A DNA stretch of 64,000 nt, taken from contig CAVNZM010000003.1 of assembly GCA_963693365.1 (NCBI GenBank), positions 5,980,509-6,044,508 on the forward strand, written 5' to 3'. This document shows, piece after piece, positions 13,425 through 27,261 of the stretch. This DNA is from Amoebidium appalachense. Lineage: Eukaryota; Protista; Ichthyosporea. Under the pieces are notes generated by a model that was not told the DNA's origin, did not search any database, and was given only the letters and a program-made list of their open reading frames with translations. Made by a program: the position numbers and the translations under genes. The number at the start of each line of letters is the position of its first letter. Position 1 is the first letter of the stretch.

Positions 13425-13870
13425 TAGACCCCCCACACAGAGAAACTGCCTAATGCACAGTTTGGTTGTGCTCCCAACAATCCCCTGCACGTTATTAAGT
13501 GTTGAATCCCCCCCTTTTCCCTATGTATTATAGCGCATTTTGCCTAATATGGATGTACAATGGTTAATAACTTTCCCCACAGAAATGGGGAGACAGTCCG
13601 ACCGGTTTTGTTAGACCCCCCACAAAGAGACACTCCCTCATGCAAAGTTTGGTTGTGCCCCCATCAATCCCCTGCACGTTATTAACCGTTGAATTCCCCC
13701 CCTTTCCCTATGTATTACAGCGCATTTTGCCTAATATGGACGTACAACGGTCAATAACTTTTCCCACAGAAATGGGGGGACAGTCCGACGGTCGGACCGG
13801 TTTTGTTACATCAACCACACAGAGAAACTGCCTAATGCAAAGTTTGGTTGGGCCCCCATCAATCCCATGT
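13425..13870. repeat. Tandem ~195-bp repeat (about 2.3 copies)
   Basis: CACA(C/A)AGAGA...AGTTTGGTTG...AATCCC recurs near 13435, 13620 and 13816. Confidence 0.8.
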
Positions 13871-14141
13871 ATCCATCTTGTAGTATCCACCTTTCGGTGG
13901 TTCACATGTCTACGGTGTAATAAAGATGTCCAAACATAGTCCATAAGACGCCTTATGTATATCCATGGGCCATCCCCAAGACTGTAACAATACCATCCAT
14001 ATTACTGTCGTAAAACGATATATCGTACGGTACAAACGGTCGTAAGACGATACATATTATCGTCGACATGTGGACTACGACATACAAACATGCTCGCAGG
14101 ATATCGTAGATTTCACCATAATTTGGAGTACTAGTACTCAC

Positions 14142-14443
14142 CTGCAAAATGAATGCATGCAGAGTTCTTGTTGGCCATATGATACGGCATCTTGCAGTAG
14201 TATTTGTGAGCATGCTCCCAGCTCTCAGCTGATTCCACCGGGCCAAAGAGGCGATAGTCGTCAGAATAATGCACACCAGCATGGAATTTCGATGTTTTGA
14301 GTTCGTTCTTGGTGGAGTCCTTGAAGCACTCGTACGCAGCTTTGCCGAACCTGCGTTTTTTGTTGATGATATTACTTTACAATATAATGCACTAGAGCGG
14401 CACGGAGTCCATTACCAAATGGCGAAAGTTCTGCCATCGTTAC
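14142..14443 (-). pseudogene. Decayed exon of a Plavaka-like (CACTA/EnSpm-related) transposase
   Basis: Bounded by CAG| acceptor and |GTGAGT donor. Reads ...LKTSKFHAGVHYSDDYRLFGPVESAESWEHAHKYYCKMPYHMANK, matching the KxHxxxHYxxxIxxFG...ExxExxH...KxxYxxxN motif; stops in its 5' part. Confidence 0.7.
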
Positions 14444-14527
14444 CTGTAGGATCTATACACCTAGACACATGCAGGGGGGGGGGGGGGGGGTCGTAGTGGG
14501 AAGGAGGGAAGACAGGGGGGGTTGGGT

Positions 14528-14559
<32 letters not shown>

Positions 14560-14699
14560 CGGCAGACACGTACGTTCTGTAACGCTCCTTCATCTCGTTG
14601 AGTGAGTCCTTTTTTATAATGTATTTCGGTTTATATATTTACACATAATCGCCACATTCATTTACCGGTGCGCCATGATAAACACATGGCCGGCTTATC

Positions 14700-14863
14700 A
14701 TTGATACACACACACACACACATACAAACACACACATAACACACACAGCATTCGATACCGTCCAATCTTGTTCTTCCCAAGGCATCCACATGCTCGCACA
14801 CAATGCAGAAACATGCACTCACACACACGCACGCACAGGCACACCGGGACACACACACACACC

Positions 14864-14912
<49 letters not shown>

Positions 14913-15121
14913 ACACCACACACACACAAACACACAACACACACACACACACACATACAGAGAGACACACACACATATGCACACACACGGTGCATTTCCT
15001 CCCCTCCCATTCCCTCTCCACAGAGCACACACACACACACACGTGCACACATGCACACACACGGTGCATCCCCCCCCCCCCCCCTTCCCTCTCAACCGAG
15101 CACATACACACACACATACAT

Positions 15122-15157
<36 letters not shown>

Positions 15158-15321
15158 CACACATGCACACATGCACGGACACGAATCCCCCCTTCCCCTT
15201 CCCTCTCCACCGAGCACATGCACACATGCACAGACATGCACACACACACACACACCACACACGACGCACACCGACATGCACACACACACAAACACACAAA
15301 ACACACACACACATACACACA

Positions 15322-15355
<34 letters not shown>

Positions 15356-15893
15356 CACACACACGGTGCATTTCCCCCCTCCCCTTCCCTCTCCACAGAG
15401 CACACACACACACACGTGCACACATGCACACACACGGTGCATCCCCCCTCTCCCCCCCTTCCCTTTCAACAGTTACTGAGCACATACACACACACAGACA
15501 TGCACAGTGCACACACAACATACACAGACATCCACACATCAGACACAGACACGCATACACACACACACACACACGCACACACACACACACATGCACATAT
15601 GCACACACAGACACACACACATGCACATGCACACTCACATATGCACACATACACACACACGCAAACACACACACACACACACATACAGATATGCACACAC
15701 ACACACTGTCTCTCTCTCTTTTCTCCCTCCCTCCCACCCACCCCTCCCCCCTCCCTCCCTCCCTCCCAACTATCCCTCCCTTCCTCCCTCCGTCCCTCCC
15801 TCCCTCCGTCCCTCCCCCCTCCCTCCCTCCCTCCCAACCATCCCTCCCTCCCTCCCCCCGTCCCTCCCTCCCTCCGTCCCTCCCTCCCTCCTT

Positions 15894-15932
<39 letters not shown>

Positions 15933-16040
15933 CACACACACACATGCACATGCACATGCACATGCACATGCACACTCACATATGCACTCACACACACACG
16001 CAAACACACACACACACACACATACAGACATGCACACACT
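14700..16040. repeat. Compound CA microsatellite/CCCT block with a conserved minisatellite scaffold
   Basis: (CA)n tracts interleaved with ACGGTGCAT...CCCTTCCCTCTC...GAGCAC; homologous to 26360-27260. Confidence 0.9.
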
Positions 16041-16086
16041 CAGTCATGTACCAGTGGGATTGATGCTGTTTACTCCAGGCAATGTA

Positions 16087-16305
16087 CCAGTGTGTCGATT
16101 GATTTAGCTAATATTAGATCTATGTTTAGCTGTGTATTGTTTTTTCTCCTTTTTGTATTTAAGGCCTGGCCGCCCTCATAAAATTCTATGATCTAATCTT
16201 ACTCGAAATTGAGCTTTTTTGGCCTTGAAGGCCGATCTTAATAAAGCACTGTGAATGTGTCCCCTGATGAGGGACTCTAGTCGATATATCTGCAAAACGT
16301 CCCCC
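16087..16305 (-). pseudogene. Probable upstream exon of the same transposase
   Basis: Reads DVLQIYRL...RVRLDHRIL*GRPGLKYKKEKKQYTAKHR, resembling the Plavaka lDxR...GL..F.....TA segment; contains stops. Confidence 0.45.
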
Positions 16306-16313
16306 CCCCCCTG

Positions 16314-16426
<113 letters not shown>

Positions 16427-16679
16427 AAAACAAACAAAAAAGAAAGGAAAAAAGGGCGAGAGAATCCTTGTTTCTCGTATGTTACCAGCACGTAAGCAAG
16501 TATTTTATTCATTCACAATACATTGTTAGGTATATGTAGTATATTATGGTGTTATTATTTTTTGGTTGACAATATGGTGTCCACGTTCCCAATATATCGT
16601 TATTGTCGACCAACCGTTGTTATGGTAGTATAATGCTATGATGACAATTTGTGCCGCATGATGCGTTACTTATAAGCAT

Positions 16680-17560
16680 CGGGTTTTTTCAATAACTACC
16701 CACAGAGTAGCTTCTACCAGGAGAAATTCACCACAAATTATAAAGGGGGATGGTGAATGTGCCCCTGGAGTACGAGGGTCACACGAAAAAAACACAACGT
16801 TGTAGCTCGTATAGAACCCCCCTTCAAGTTGTAGCATAGTATATGTCCATGTGTTACCTAGACATTTTGGTTTTTTCAATAACTACCCACAGAACAGCCT
16901 CTAGCACGAGAAATTTACCAAAACGTTTATGGGGGGGATGGTGAATGTGCCCCTGCAGTACGAGGGTCACACGAAAAAAACACAACGTTGTAGCTCGAAT
17001 AGAACCCCCCTTGTAGCATAGCATATGTACATGTGTTGCTTACACATTATTGGTTTTTTCAATAACTACCCACAGAACAGCTTCTAGCACGAGAAATTTA
17101 CCACACAGTTTATGGGGGGGATGGTGAATGTGCCCCTGGAGTACGGGGGTCACACAAAAAAAAACACAACGTTGTAGCTCGTATAGAACCCCCCTTGTAG
17201 CATAGAATATGTACATATGTTACCTAGACATTATTGGTTTTTCAATAACTACCCACAGAATAGCCTCTAGCACGAGAAATTTACCACAAAGTTTATGGGG
17301 GGGATGGTGAATGTGTCCCTGGAGTACGAGGGTCACACGAAAAAAACACAACGTTGTAGCTCGAATAGAACCCCCCCTTGTAGCATAGTATATGTACATA
17401 TGTTACTTGCACATTATTGGTTTTTTCAATAACTACCCACAGAACAGCTTCTGGCACGAGAAATTTACCACAAAGTTTATGGGGGGGATGGTGAGTGTGC
17501 CTCTGGAGTACGAGGGTCACCCGAAAAAAACACAACATTGTAGCCCGGATTGAAACCCCC
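16680..17560. repeat. ~185-bp satellite, about 5 units
   Basis: AATAACTACCCACAGA at ~16691, 16878, 17061, 17243 and 17428. Confidence 0.93.
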
Positions 17561-17919
17561 TTTGTACCATATACATCATATATCATGCAGCATGTGTTAC
17601 TTTCGCGTTATTGGTTTCCTAGCACGAGATATTCAGCACACAGTTGGGGTTGTGGGGGCAGTGTACACCTACAATATCAGGGGTACCGCGTGGCAAAAAC
17701 ACCCCCCCGGGGGGGGGGGGGGGGGGGGGGGGGGGAGGGGGGAGGGGGGGGGGGGGGGTCACGCGTGCGATGGTGCACTAGTTATTACGTCAACTAGGCA
17801 GGGTACAGCATCAACGTTATTATATGTGCTGCTGAGTTTCTTTGGTTGTACACCCGTCACCAGTCAATTTATTGGTGTTGGTGCCCACCTATGACACCAC
17901 CTCGGAAGACTGGGGTCAC

Positions 17920-18651
17920 GTGGAGGACACGTAACTATAGTCTGATAGTTGTGACTAATTAGGGCACCGCTAAGGGCACCAAGCTGATGCACGCGCGCGC
18001 GCGAGCCGAAATCTATTTTTATCTTTTCCCTAATCAGGCGCGGCGGTTACAAAACCGGTCTATAGCAAATAGTGATTGGCTAAACCCAATCCGGTTTGCA
18101 ATTTTTTGTCCGTTTAAGCCTGTACGCACGTTGTTTGCTCCATTTCTTTTCCCCCTTCCCGCAGGTCCGCAGGTCCGCAAGTCCTTTCCCGCAGGTCGCC
18201 TGGTCGCAGGTCCCTTCCCGCAGGTCGCCTGGTCGCAGTTCCCTTCCCGCAGGTCGCCTGGTCACAGGTCCCCTCCGCAGGTCGCGCAGCCACCGTGCTG
18301 AATGGTTTCGACCATGCTGCATGCTGCAGCATCTTCGCCTAACGGCTGAAGGGCCGTTTGAAGGTTAGTTTTGTGAACTTGCCTGCTTTTGTGCATATGG
18401 CGTTTGTCTGTCTGGTCTGTGTCCGTGCCTGTCATTATATCTGTGTCTGTGTCTGTGTCTGTGTGCGTGTGTGTGTATGTGTGTGTGTGCGTGCGTGTGC
18501 GTGTGTTCTGCTGGCTGCAGATGCACGTTGCCTTTTCACGTTCATGAACCAGCGACAGGCTGTGGGCACTACTTTTCCTGTTAGCACTATAGCTATCATC
18601 CCCTCCACCAGTCGTTCAAGCTATTTTCTGCTTCTCTAGACTTCATAAGTT
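17920..18651. repeat. Dispersed ~730-bp repeat containing a ~29-bp minisatellite
   Basis: Starts GTGGAGGACACGTAACTATAG; the second copy is 30860-30908 plus 37307-37945, split by Copia D1; internal CCCTTCCCGCAGGTCGCCTGGTCGCAG repeats. Confidence 0.85.
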
Positions 18652-19849
18652 TGTGCTTTTGTCTTTCAGCACAACGTACGCGTGTTTCACATGCATCAGC
18701 AAAGATCACCCCCCATCCGAAACCTGTCCTGTACGACTTTAGGACGTCCTATCGTCGTTAATATATCTAAAAGATAGCTTAGGACGGGTTTAGGATAACC
18801 CGGAATTTCAGGATGGCAAGGCGTCTGAAACACATCCCATATATATTAAATACGTCTGGCATGGGTTCAAGACAGTGGACATCTTAAAGACGTAGTAAAG
18901 TCGTCTGACAAGATGTCATACAGACACCTGGAAGTGCACTTATACCCATCAGCACAAGTCCGGATGTCCTTAACCCCCCTTTAAATTGTCCGATGGGTTG
19001 CGGATGCATACGGGATATATTAAAGACGTCTTTCGAATTTTCTGGTCTATTACGTCTTAAAGATATCCTGGACGGATTGAGGACATATTGTTATCATCCC
19101 GGAACATGGTGTAGTTAACAGATGTCCTAAAGACGTCTGCACTCATTCTACAGGATGTCTATGAGAGATACCGATACATATTATATAGATGTGTGTAAGA
19201 TGCATTACACACGCAAGTAAGTTGACACAAGGCGCTCGTGGGTTGGGCGTAGAGATATGTTAAAGATGTACTGCAGAGATCTTAGTACAATCTTTATCCT
19301 CTCTTAATCCCGTATGGCCATGCAACATTTGCGAAACGAACTGATTGCGTTAGGATGTCGTCAGGATATATCACAGCTAGGCAGTAGATCATCTAAGGAG
19401 ATCTTTGGAGAGTTCTTTTGTAGCGCTTTTGGCCATCCCAATTATATCTTCAAGACAGGCCATGTCTGTGCATGTGATATGCTAACGCAATCTTAGGCAT
19501 GTATTGGTGATACCTTTCTGCGATCTTCACGCCCTATTTGGGGTAGCTTAAAGATGTTCAGAGTTGCAATTAGCTATTGTGTGAGGATTACTTTAGGACC
19601 TCTTTAAGACGTCTGCACTCATTCTACAGGATGTCTATGAGAGATACCGATACGGGGGTTTACGCTGTTTACTCGAGGCAAAGAGAGCCAGTCTCAGGTA
19701 TGGGGGGGGGGGTTTTGCTCGGAATATCCCCTCAGCGGTATATCATGATCACGTACATAGATGTCGGGTGGTGACTATATATCAGGGTTTACTTTCTCTA
19801 CGAGACACCATAAAGACTACAAGGAGAAATCAATTAGTTGGGGTTCCCC

Positions 19850-19894
<45 letters not shown>

Positions 19895-19926
19895 GGGCTC
19901 CCCTCGGGACACTCGGTATCAGCTGG

Positions 19927-20001
<75 letters not shown>

Positions 20002-20005
20002 TGCG

Positions 20006-23000
20006 CTATAATTTTGTAGTGATGTGTTTCTCAAGCCAATCAATACATCTAATAAACAGGTCGTAGTTACGCGTGTTTAGTATAAAATCAAGGATGTTGT
20101 AATTTACAGGTAGGCTATCTTTCTGGGTGTCTGTTGTGAATGTGACGTGTGTGTGTTGCGGTATTATGTGGTCTATCAAACTACATTTGGCGATACATGA
20201 CCGGTTAAACTGGTGTGTGTGTGTGTTGTTTGGGCATGCAAATGATGCCACCTTATACTTATTAGATCTCCACTGTATAGCACGTGTACAGTAAAAGCGT
20301 GGTAATTGATCAATAATACCATCAGCTAGAGAAAGACCAGTTCTACAGGAAGGTAATATGTATTTAGGTGTTATACACTTGCGAGTGCCATATTTGGCAA
20401 TATGGTTGAGGCGGTCAGTATATATAAAACGAGACATAAGGCTTAGTTTTTCAAGGTGTATGCTTTCATCGGGTCTAGTGTCGTGTGGTATCTTTTTCCA
20501 TTTGTTATATTGCGTGATTATCTTGTGATTGTGTACATGTTTAACAAGTAAGTGGCAGTCCAAAGTCACACACACACTATTGCGGGGTTTATTTGTATTT
20601 GTGCCCAGGGGAGAAGGGGAGAGAGAGGGGAGGAAAGAGGGGAGAGGTGAGGAGGGGACAGGTCGGATAGAGAAGAGAGGGTGGGAGGGCAAATACTTCT
20701 TTAAGCGGCTTATGTGCTTATTGAATTTCAGCGCGAGATAGGATACTCTAGCAGCTATTGGGACCAGACCATATATCGAGAGCGTTACAGGCCCAGGTTT
20801 ACAACAGTTGTTAGATAGAAAGGAGGCAACTTCTGCTTCAAGGAAATTTGCCAGGGGTTTAAGCGCTCTAGTTCTCTCTTTCTTGATCCAAGCGGCGAGA
20901 AGGGGTAAACCATATTCACATGCCGGGAAGACAAAAGTGCGAATAAATGTAAGTCTAATAGAAGGATGGAGGGGTGTGTCTTTAAAAATATTAGCCGAGA
21001 AGAAAGCTAACCGCTTACGAGCCAACTCTACCCTCTTTTCGACCATATGGGGAAACATAACACCAACAGAATCAACCGGAACACCAAGATATTTGTATTC
21101 TGGAACTATAGGTACAGGTTTAGATGATAATGTAAATGTGTGTAAATTGTTAGCTATATCAGGTACAAGAACACCACATTTGTCTATGTTAAGGATCATA
21201 AGGTTTGCCTTGCACCACTCTGACACTACATCGAACAATCTTTGCAGGCGTCTAGGGGTACGGGCAAGGAGGGACAGATCATCAGCATAGAGAAGTGCAG
21301 GCGGAAAGTTATTAATAGGGTCATCGTTTTCGGCGTAAATCTTGACAGCCAAATCATCTATAAATAGGTTAAACAAAAAGGGGCTAAGCAATGAACCCTG
21401 CAAGAGACCTCTAGTACGAGCAAAACCATATGAAAGATGCCCATTAACCACAGCTCTACCATAGGTTTGAGACAAGAGTGCTTCTAACAGAACACCAATG
21501 CAGTGTGGTATACCCCGTGCAGCAAGCTTTTCCCATAGGAGACCAGGGGAGACAGAATCGTAAGCAGTTTTCCAATCAATAAAGCCAACATATTGTGCAC
21601 CAACTTGCATAGAATCGTGCAGTGCCATTATTTGAACATAACATGAATTGTTTTTACGAAAAGCGGATTGGCATGGGTGTATGTGAAGAATAGATTGAAA
21701 CCTAGGGTGATGTGCAAATCACCTAAGTAAGCAAGCTTCAAAGAATCTACGAACAACCTGGGTTAGTGTAATGGGGCGAAAGGATGATATGGGGCCCTCA
21801 GAGTCCTTCTTAACTATGGGGATCACTAAGGTATCTAACCAAGATGACGGGACATGTCCACATTTAACACACCAAGAAAAGAGAGAGCTTAACATGATAG
21901 TAAGATCAGGTTTAATAGCACGATCACTTTCCTTTTGTGGGTAGGAGGGAACAAGGATTTTAAGAAACCCAGCAGGGAGTCCATCAGGTCCACAAGACTT
22001 ACTAGAGCTATAACTAGATATCACAGACCATATGGCATCGGGACTGAAAAAGGGGAGGATCGATTCTATGGGGATAGATGGGTCTACAGGCCACACAATA
22101 GGTTTCTGAGCGGGGGGTCCTATCTTTAAACAGTTCCGAGAAATACTTATCAGAGTCTATGAGGGGGTCTCCAGTGGTATCACCAACTTGAATAATACGA
22201 GCAGGGGGGCCAAATCGATTCATACTAGCAAGCCGGCGCAAGCTTTCCTTTTGAGACAGGGGTTCACCTAGTCTAGCGGGAGTGGTGTTTGGTAACAAGA
22301 GAGCATCGGGATATTCCTTCCTACCACCGCCAGCATAATCACCGAGATCTATCAAATCATCAACAATAAAGTTAGTGCATGTATCTAGTACGAGATGTGA
22401 ATCTGGCCTGGCTTGTGCAGATTCTAATAGGCGCATATATATAGGGTGTTTCGTAGCATAGCATACACATACATCGACTCTACCCCACTGTGACTTAAGC
22501 TGGGATAGACGGAGGCGAAAGGTGGGAGGAGGAGGGGGGAGCAGATCAAGGGAGATCTTAGGTAGGAAAAGGATAGGAGAGTGGTCAGATGACCTAGAGA
22601 GGTTAGGAGGGAGAGAGAGTTTTGACATGGTTGATGGCCAAAAGGCCACTCCCCAGTCGGTGTTGTGGGCATGGGATATTTGAGGGAACCGCAAAGTTTG
22701 ACTTTGGACATACCTTGCTAAAGGGATAGCACGCTCCGGGGGCTTAGATGGGTACCCGACACTCACTTGCAGTGTGTCTGTGTGGTGGAGTCGCGTGTTA
22801 AAATCACCTAAAATAACAGTGGACATTGGTAACTGTGACAACTCGTGAGTCAATTCGACAACCGACATAGATGGTGGGTAATATACAAAAGTAAAAACAT
22901 TAGAAAGAAACTCTATAGAAACCGAGAATTCCGTTTTTGCTACCGGTTTGCACTTCACTCTCACGTGTGGTGCGGCAAGTACAATAATGCCTCGGTTTTT

Positions 23001-23207
23001 CGCGTAACCGGGGTGTGTGGATGTGTCGACCAATGTAGAGTTGAATTTGTGGTGGTTTTTAAACTGTGTTTCGCAAATCACTGTAAACGTGTGGTTGTTT
23101 GTCTGTTGTTGTATGTAGCTGATTTTATCGTCGAGTGTCCCGGGGGGGAGGCCCTTTTGGGGGCCCAGTGTCCGAGCATTCCAGAAGAAGAAGGATAAAT
23201 TAGGCAT
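20006..23207 (-). pseudogene. LINE ORF2: AP endonuclease plus reverse transcriptase, disabled
   Basis: APE motifs WNAR, ICETQ, YYPP, ILGDFN, SDHSPI; RT motifs FRPITL, QSAFRK, FIDWKTAYDSV, GLLQGSLLSPFLF, YADD. Frameshift near 22110 (G run) and in-frame TGA at 21719. Confidence 0.9.
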
Positions 23208-24384
23208 CGGTTTGGTCCGACACCTGTGGGGTTGGTTCCCACTTGTCGCTTACGGGGTCGTATGCACGACCTTCCGCCAGCGCGAACAGTTCGCAGAAGA
23301 GCTCGATTTCCATCTCGCATCGGCGTTTGCGCTCGAGCAGTTTCTCACCAGAAAACATTGGTTCCTTCGTGTCCGTGTCTATCACGCTCGTAGCATCGTT
23401 TTCCAACTTTGCGAGGAACTCTTTTCCCTTGCTGATGCGTACACGACAACGTGTGGCGCACACATTCTTAGCAGACACTTTACGTTCTTTGTCTGCTTTC
23501 TGAATGTTTTCCGGCGCGCATGGGTCGTAGCTTGGGAGGTGGGTGAAGAAGCTTCCACACCCCTTTGTCGCGTCTCGGATGAACGCACGGTTATAGTCGC
23601 CCCGTACTGCTACTTCCAGCACATCGTATCCAATGAAGGACAGACAAAGGATGCGAGAGCACCGAAAGCCGAGAGCCTTGAAGATGGACCACATGGCCCT
23701 GTGTGGGCGTCTGCCGTGCTTGACTTTGAAATACACCCTCTCGTATTTGGGTGGGATGTTGATGTTACCGTTTGCTTGGGTGTTCCCCTTAGCCGGCGGT
23801 TTGGGAGGGGAGTTGCGGCGGTACTCGTTGCCTGCAAGAATGCTGGCATATGTTTCCTTGGCAATTTGGCGGAGCTCGGGTGTTTTACGAGAGTTCGCAT
23901 ATTCTAGGAACTCTGCCGGGAGCTGTGCTTCCGGTCCTGTGTTGTTTTGTGTTGGGGTGGAAATGTCTCCGTCGCGAGATGTTTGCTCATGAGTTTTGGG
24001 GTTTTGCGATCCACTAATGTTTAGCTGGGCTGTGAGTGAATCAATGGTGAGCTTGAGTTGGGTATTTTCTGTTTGGAGTTTTTCTATCATGTTCTTGAGT
24101 GGTAACAGCTCATTTAGCTGTTTCTTAACGAGGGCAAGTTCTGCCAGTACTGTATCAACCGAAAGTTTCGGCATGGTTGTTATTGTGTTTCTACGGAGTG
24201 GTGTGGTGTTATTCTGAATGGGTAGTGTATTGTAAATAGGTGTTGCGCTTAGTCTAAGGCGATGTTTTTCTGGTTGTGCATCTGTGGTAGGTGTATCTGC
24301 TGGACGTTTTAATGGTCGCACATGTGTGATGGGTGTAGATGGAACTTTGAAAGAGGTTCTGAAACGATTATAGGCATGTGCCAT
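23200..24384 (-). CDS. LINE ORF1 protein (coiled-coil, putative RNA chaperone)
   Basis: 394-aa intact ORF upstream of ORF2 with heptad segment LALVKKQLNEL...LQTENTQLKLTIDSLTAQL; overlaps the ORF2 ATG by 8 nt. Confidence 0.85.
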   Translation of the reverse strand: MAHAYNRFRTSFKVPSTPITHVRPLKRPADTPTTDAQPEKHRLRLSATPIYNTLPIQNNTTPLRRNTITTMPKLSVDTVLAELALVKKQLNELLPLKNMIEKLQTENTQLKLTIDSLTAQLNISGSQNPKTHEQTSRDGDISTPTQNNTGPEAQLPAEFLEYANSRKTPELRQIAKETYASILAGNEYRRNSPPKPPAKGNTQANGNINIPPKYERVYFKVKHGRRPHRAMWSIFKALGFRCSRILCLSFIGYDVLEVAVRGDYNRAFIRDATKGCGSFFTHLPSYDPCAPENIQKADKERKVSAKNVCATRCRVRISKGKEFLAKLENDATSVIDTDTKEPMFSGEKLLERKRRCEMEIELFCELFALAEGRAYDPVSDKWEPTPQVSDQTDA

Positions 24385-25799
24385 GACATGGATGGGGGTG
24401 TTCCCCGGCCCTTAGGGCCACGGATGGCCTGGTTTAGGGGTGGATGCGCGAAGGATACTATTTATTAGCAGATAATAAAGAGCGACATTTGAATCGATGT
24501 GTGCGACTGAAATACCTTTCTGCGATCTTCGGTAGCTTAAAGATGTTCAGAGTTGCAATTAGGTATTGTGTTAGGATTACTTTAGGCCCTCTTTAAGGGT
24601 TTAATGGGATCGATTTGGATGATCTTTAAGTGTTCCCTGGGATACAAAAGCAAAGCACGTATCGCTAACGAGCTCAGCCACGGCCTCTTTACCACCCTGT
24701 CAATGCCGATTACCCAGGACCACGTTCCGTGATGTGAGGGTTAGCTCAATATATACGGCGGGAAAAGGGATTGCGCATTTGATTGTGGGATAGATTACTC
24801 CAACGTTTTTGATTGGTTGTTTTTTAGGATCGAATTTCACACAGCATTCACAATGAAGGCGTCACAAGGTCACGCTTTTATTGAAACATGAAACATGAAG
24901 GCGTCGCGCAGGTGCGTGCGAGATGATAGCCAATGGAAACAAAGATTTACTGGAGGAGTGCAAAACAGAATCCGAAGCACTGTTATCTTACAATCATGAT
25001 CCGTATAATGTAATTAAAACTGGGGCATTCAACTGCCAAATACAGAAGTTTTAGTTGTAATAATATTTAAGGTACCTATAAATTAGGCGAGATACTTTGG
25101 CAAACGGTGCAATGCCTGCGCGGAGCAAGTGGCCGGTGCGTTGAATTTACCCTAAATAAACACATTAAAAAATAAAAAATAAAAAAATGCACAAAAAACG
25201 CAAAAAAACGCAAAGATATATATCGCATACCTTAGGAAGCTCCTAAGAATATCCTCACGCTATACTAGAGCTATACTTACTATTCTGTCAGTACGTCCTG
25301 AATAAATACGCCAACCATACCTGAAACTGCAGTGCGGATCGCCGACCATAAAACTCCTTACACCCCACCACCCTAAGATACACTCCCTCCTCACCTTCTT
25401 GCAGTCGAATATAGCAGCTGTTCAAGTTGTATGGGAATATTTTTCTTTTCACTGGAAGAGGCAGATCCCCCCGGGGAGTCCCCCGTGCTTCAGCAGGCGT
25501 AAAGCCCGCTAGGAACAACTGCAGCTGTAGCGGCAGGAACTTTAGGCAATTGCCACGTCCTTCAAGCCTGGGGCTGGGGTCGAAGTTCCCTTCTGATGCA
25601 AAATAGGCATCCAGCTTTGCAAGGTGCAGGCCTTTCTTATCCTGCAAGCCTGTGTTTGGGACAAAAGGATTCGAGTAGATCAGAGTAATCTTCCGCAGCG
25701 CAGCGGCGGGCCCGCCGGGGAGGGGGGGGGGGGGGGGGGGGGTGAGCCATCACGTTTGATGCCCCCCCCCCCCCCCCCCCCCCCCCTCCCCCCCCCCCC

Positions 25800-25841
<42 letters not shown>

Positions 25842-26359
25842 CCCCGTCCATTCGGAGGGTTTTGGCAGATATTGAGATTTTAGATTTTTCTTCTTGAAAT
25901 TCCCCGATCACGTCCCCCCGTCCGTCGGGGAAAAAATCCTATGGACTCCCCCGTGTGTACTTTGCATTAACGTACCTTCCCATTGGGAAAACAAAAAAAA
26001 CTGCATCGAAATCCGTCCATTCTGAGGGTTTTTGCACGTTTCAAATTCCCTCCACAACACATGCACACTATAGAATGACCCCCCCCCCCCCTCTTGGACC
26101 CCCCCTGATGGGCCCGGCAAATGCCCGTGGGGATGTGTGGGTGAACGTGGGCACTCCCCCCCACCCCCATCTACGTTTGGTGGTGAGAAAGTCAGCTACT
26201 TGCTAAAGGAAAGGGTGTTTGGGTTTTTTGAATACGAAGGCTGGTATGTTGCATGCGGGACTGGAGAAAACACTGAAATTCCCCGATCATGCCCCCCCCC
26301 CCCCCCCCCCTCCGTCGGGAAAAAAATTCTACGGACTCCCCCGTGTGTACTTTTCATTA

Positions 26360-26806
26360 ACATGCACACATGCACACACACGGTGCATCCCCCCCCTCCC
26401 CTTCCCTCTCAACTGAGCACATACACACACACATACATGCGCACACACACACACACACACGCACACACACACACACACGCACATGCACACATGCACACAT
26501 GCACGGACACGAATCCCCCCTTCCCCTTCCCTCTCCACCGAGCACATGCACACATGCACAGACATGCACACACACACACACACAACACACACGATGCACA
26601 CAGACATGCACACACCAACACAAACACACAACACACACACACGCACGCACACACACACACACACACATGCACACACACGGTGCATTTCCCCCATCCCCTT
26701 CCCTCTCCACAAAGCACACACACACACACGTGCACACATGCACACACACGGTGCATCCCCCCTCTCTCCTTCCCTCTCAACTGAGCACATACACACACAC
26801 ATACAT

Positions 26807-26844
<38 letters not shown>

Positions 26845-27043
26845 CACACACACATGCACACATGCACACATGCACGGACACGAATCCCCCCCTTCCCCTT
26901 CCCTATCCACCGAGCACATGCACACATGCACAGACATGCACACACACACACACACACCACACACGATGCACACAGACATGCACACACACACAAACACACA
27001 ACACACACACACACATACACTGTGGCACACAAAAATACACACA

Positions 27044-27081
<38 letters not shown>

Positions 27082-27260
27082 CACACACACGGTGCATTTC
27101 CCCCCTCCCCTTCCCTCTCCACAGAGCACACACACACACACGTGCACACATGCACACACACGGTGCATCCCCCCTCTCCCCCCCTTCCCTTTCAACTGAG
27201 CACATACACACACACAGACATGCACACACACACAACATACACAGACATCCACACATCAGA
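26360..27260. repeat. Compound CA minisatellite block, paralogous to 14.96-15.55 kb
   Basis: Same scaffold motifs (GCACGGACACGAATCCCCCC, CAGACATCCACACATCAGACACAGA). Confidence 0.9.
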
Positions 27261-27261
27261 C

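Larger units (their letters stand above)
19851..24510 (-). mobile_element. Near full-length non-LTR retrotransposon (LINE, APE-RT type)
   Basis: Two overlapping ORFs, (CA)n in the 3' UTR and a ~40-nt poly(A) (T run 19851-19890); no TSD found. Confidence 0.9.

Noticed and set aside
14658-16181. Long Cys/Val- and His/Thr-rich ORFs (also 26137-27392, 43-45.7 kb)
   Set aside because: Translations of (CA)n/(GT)n microsatellite, open in many frames on both strands.
24385-24510. Self-cleaving ribozyme in the LINE 5' UTR
   Set aside because: Two small hairpins are visible but I could not fit an HDV or hammerhead core; needs an Infernal search.
24900-25650. Exon-like fragments and a 119-aa ORF
   Set aside because: No recognisable motif and stops are present; a gene call cannot be supported.
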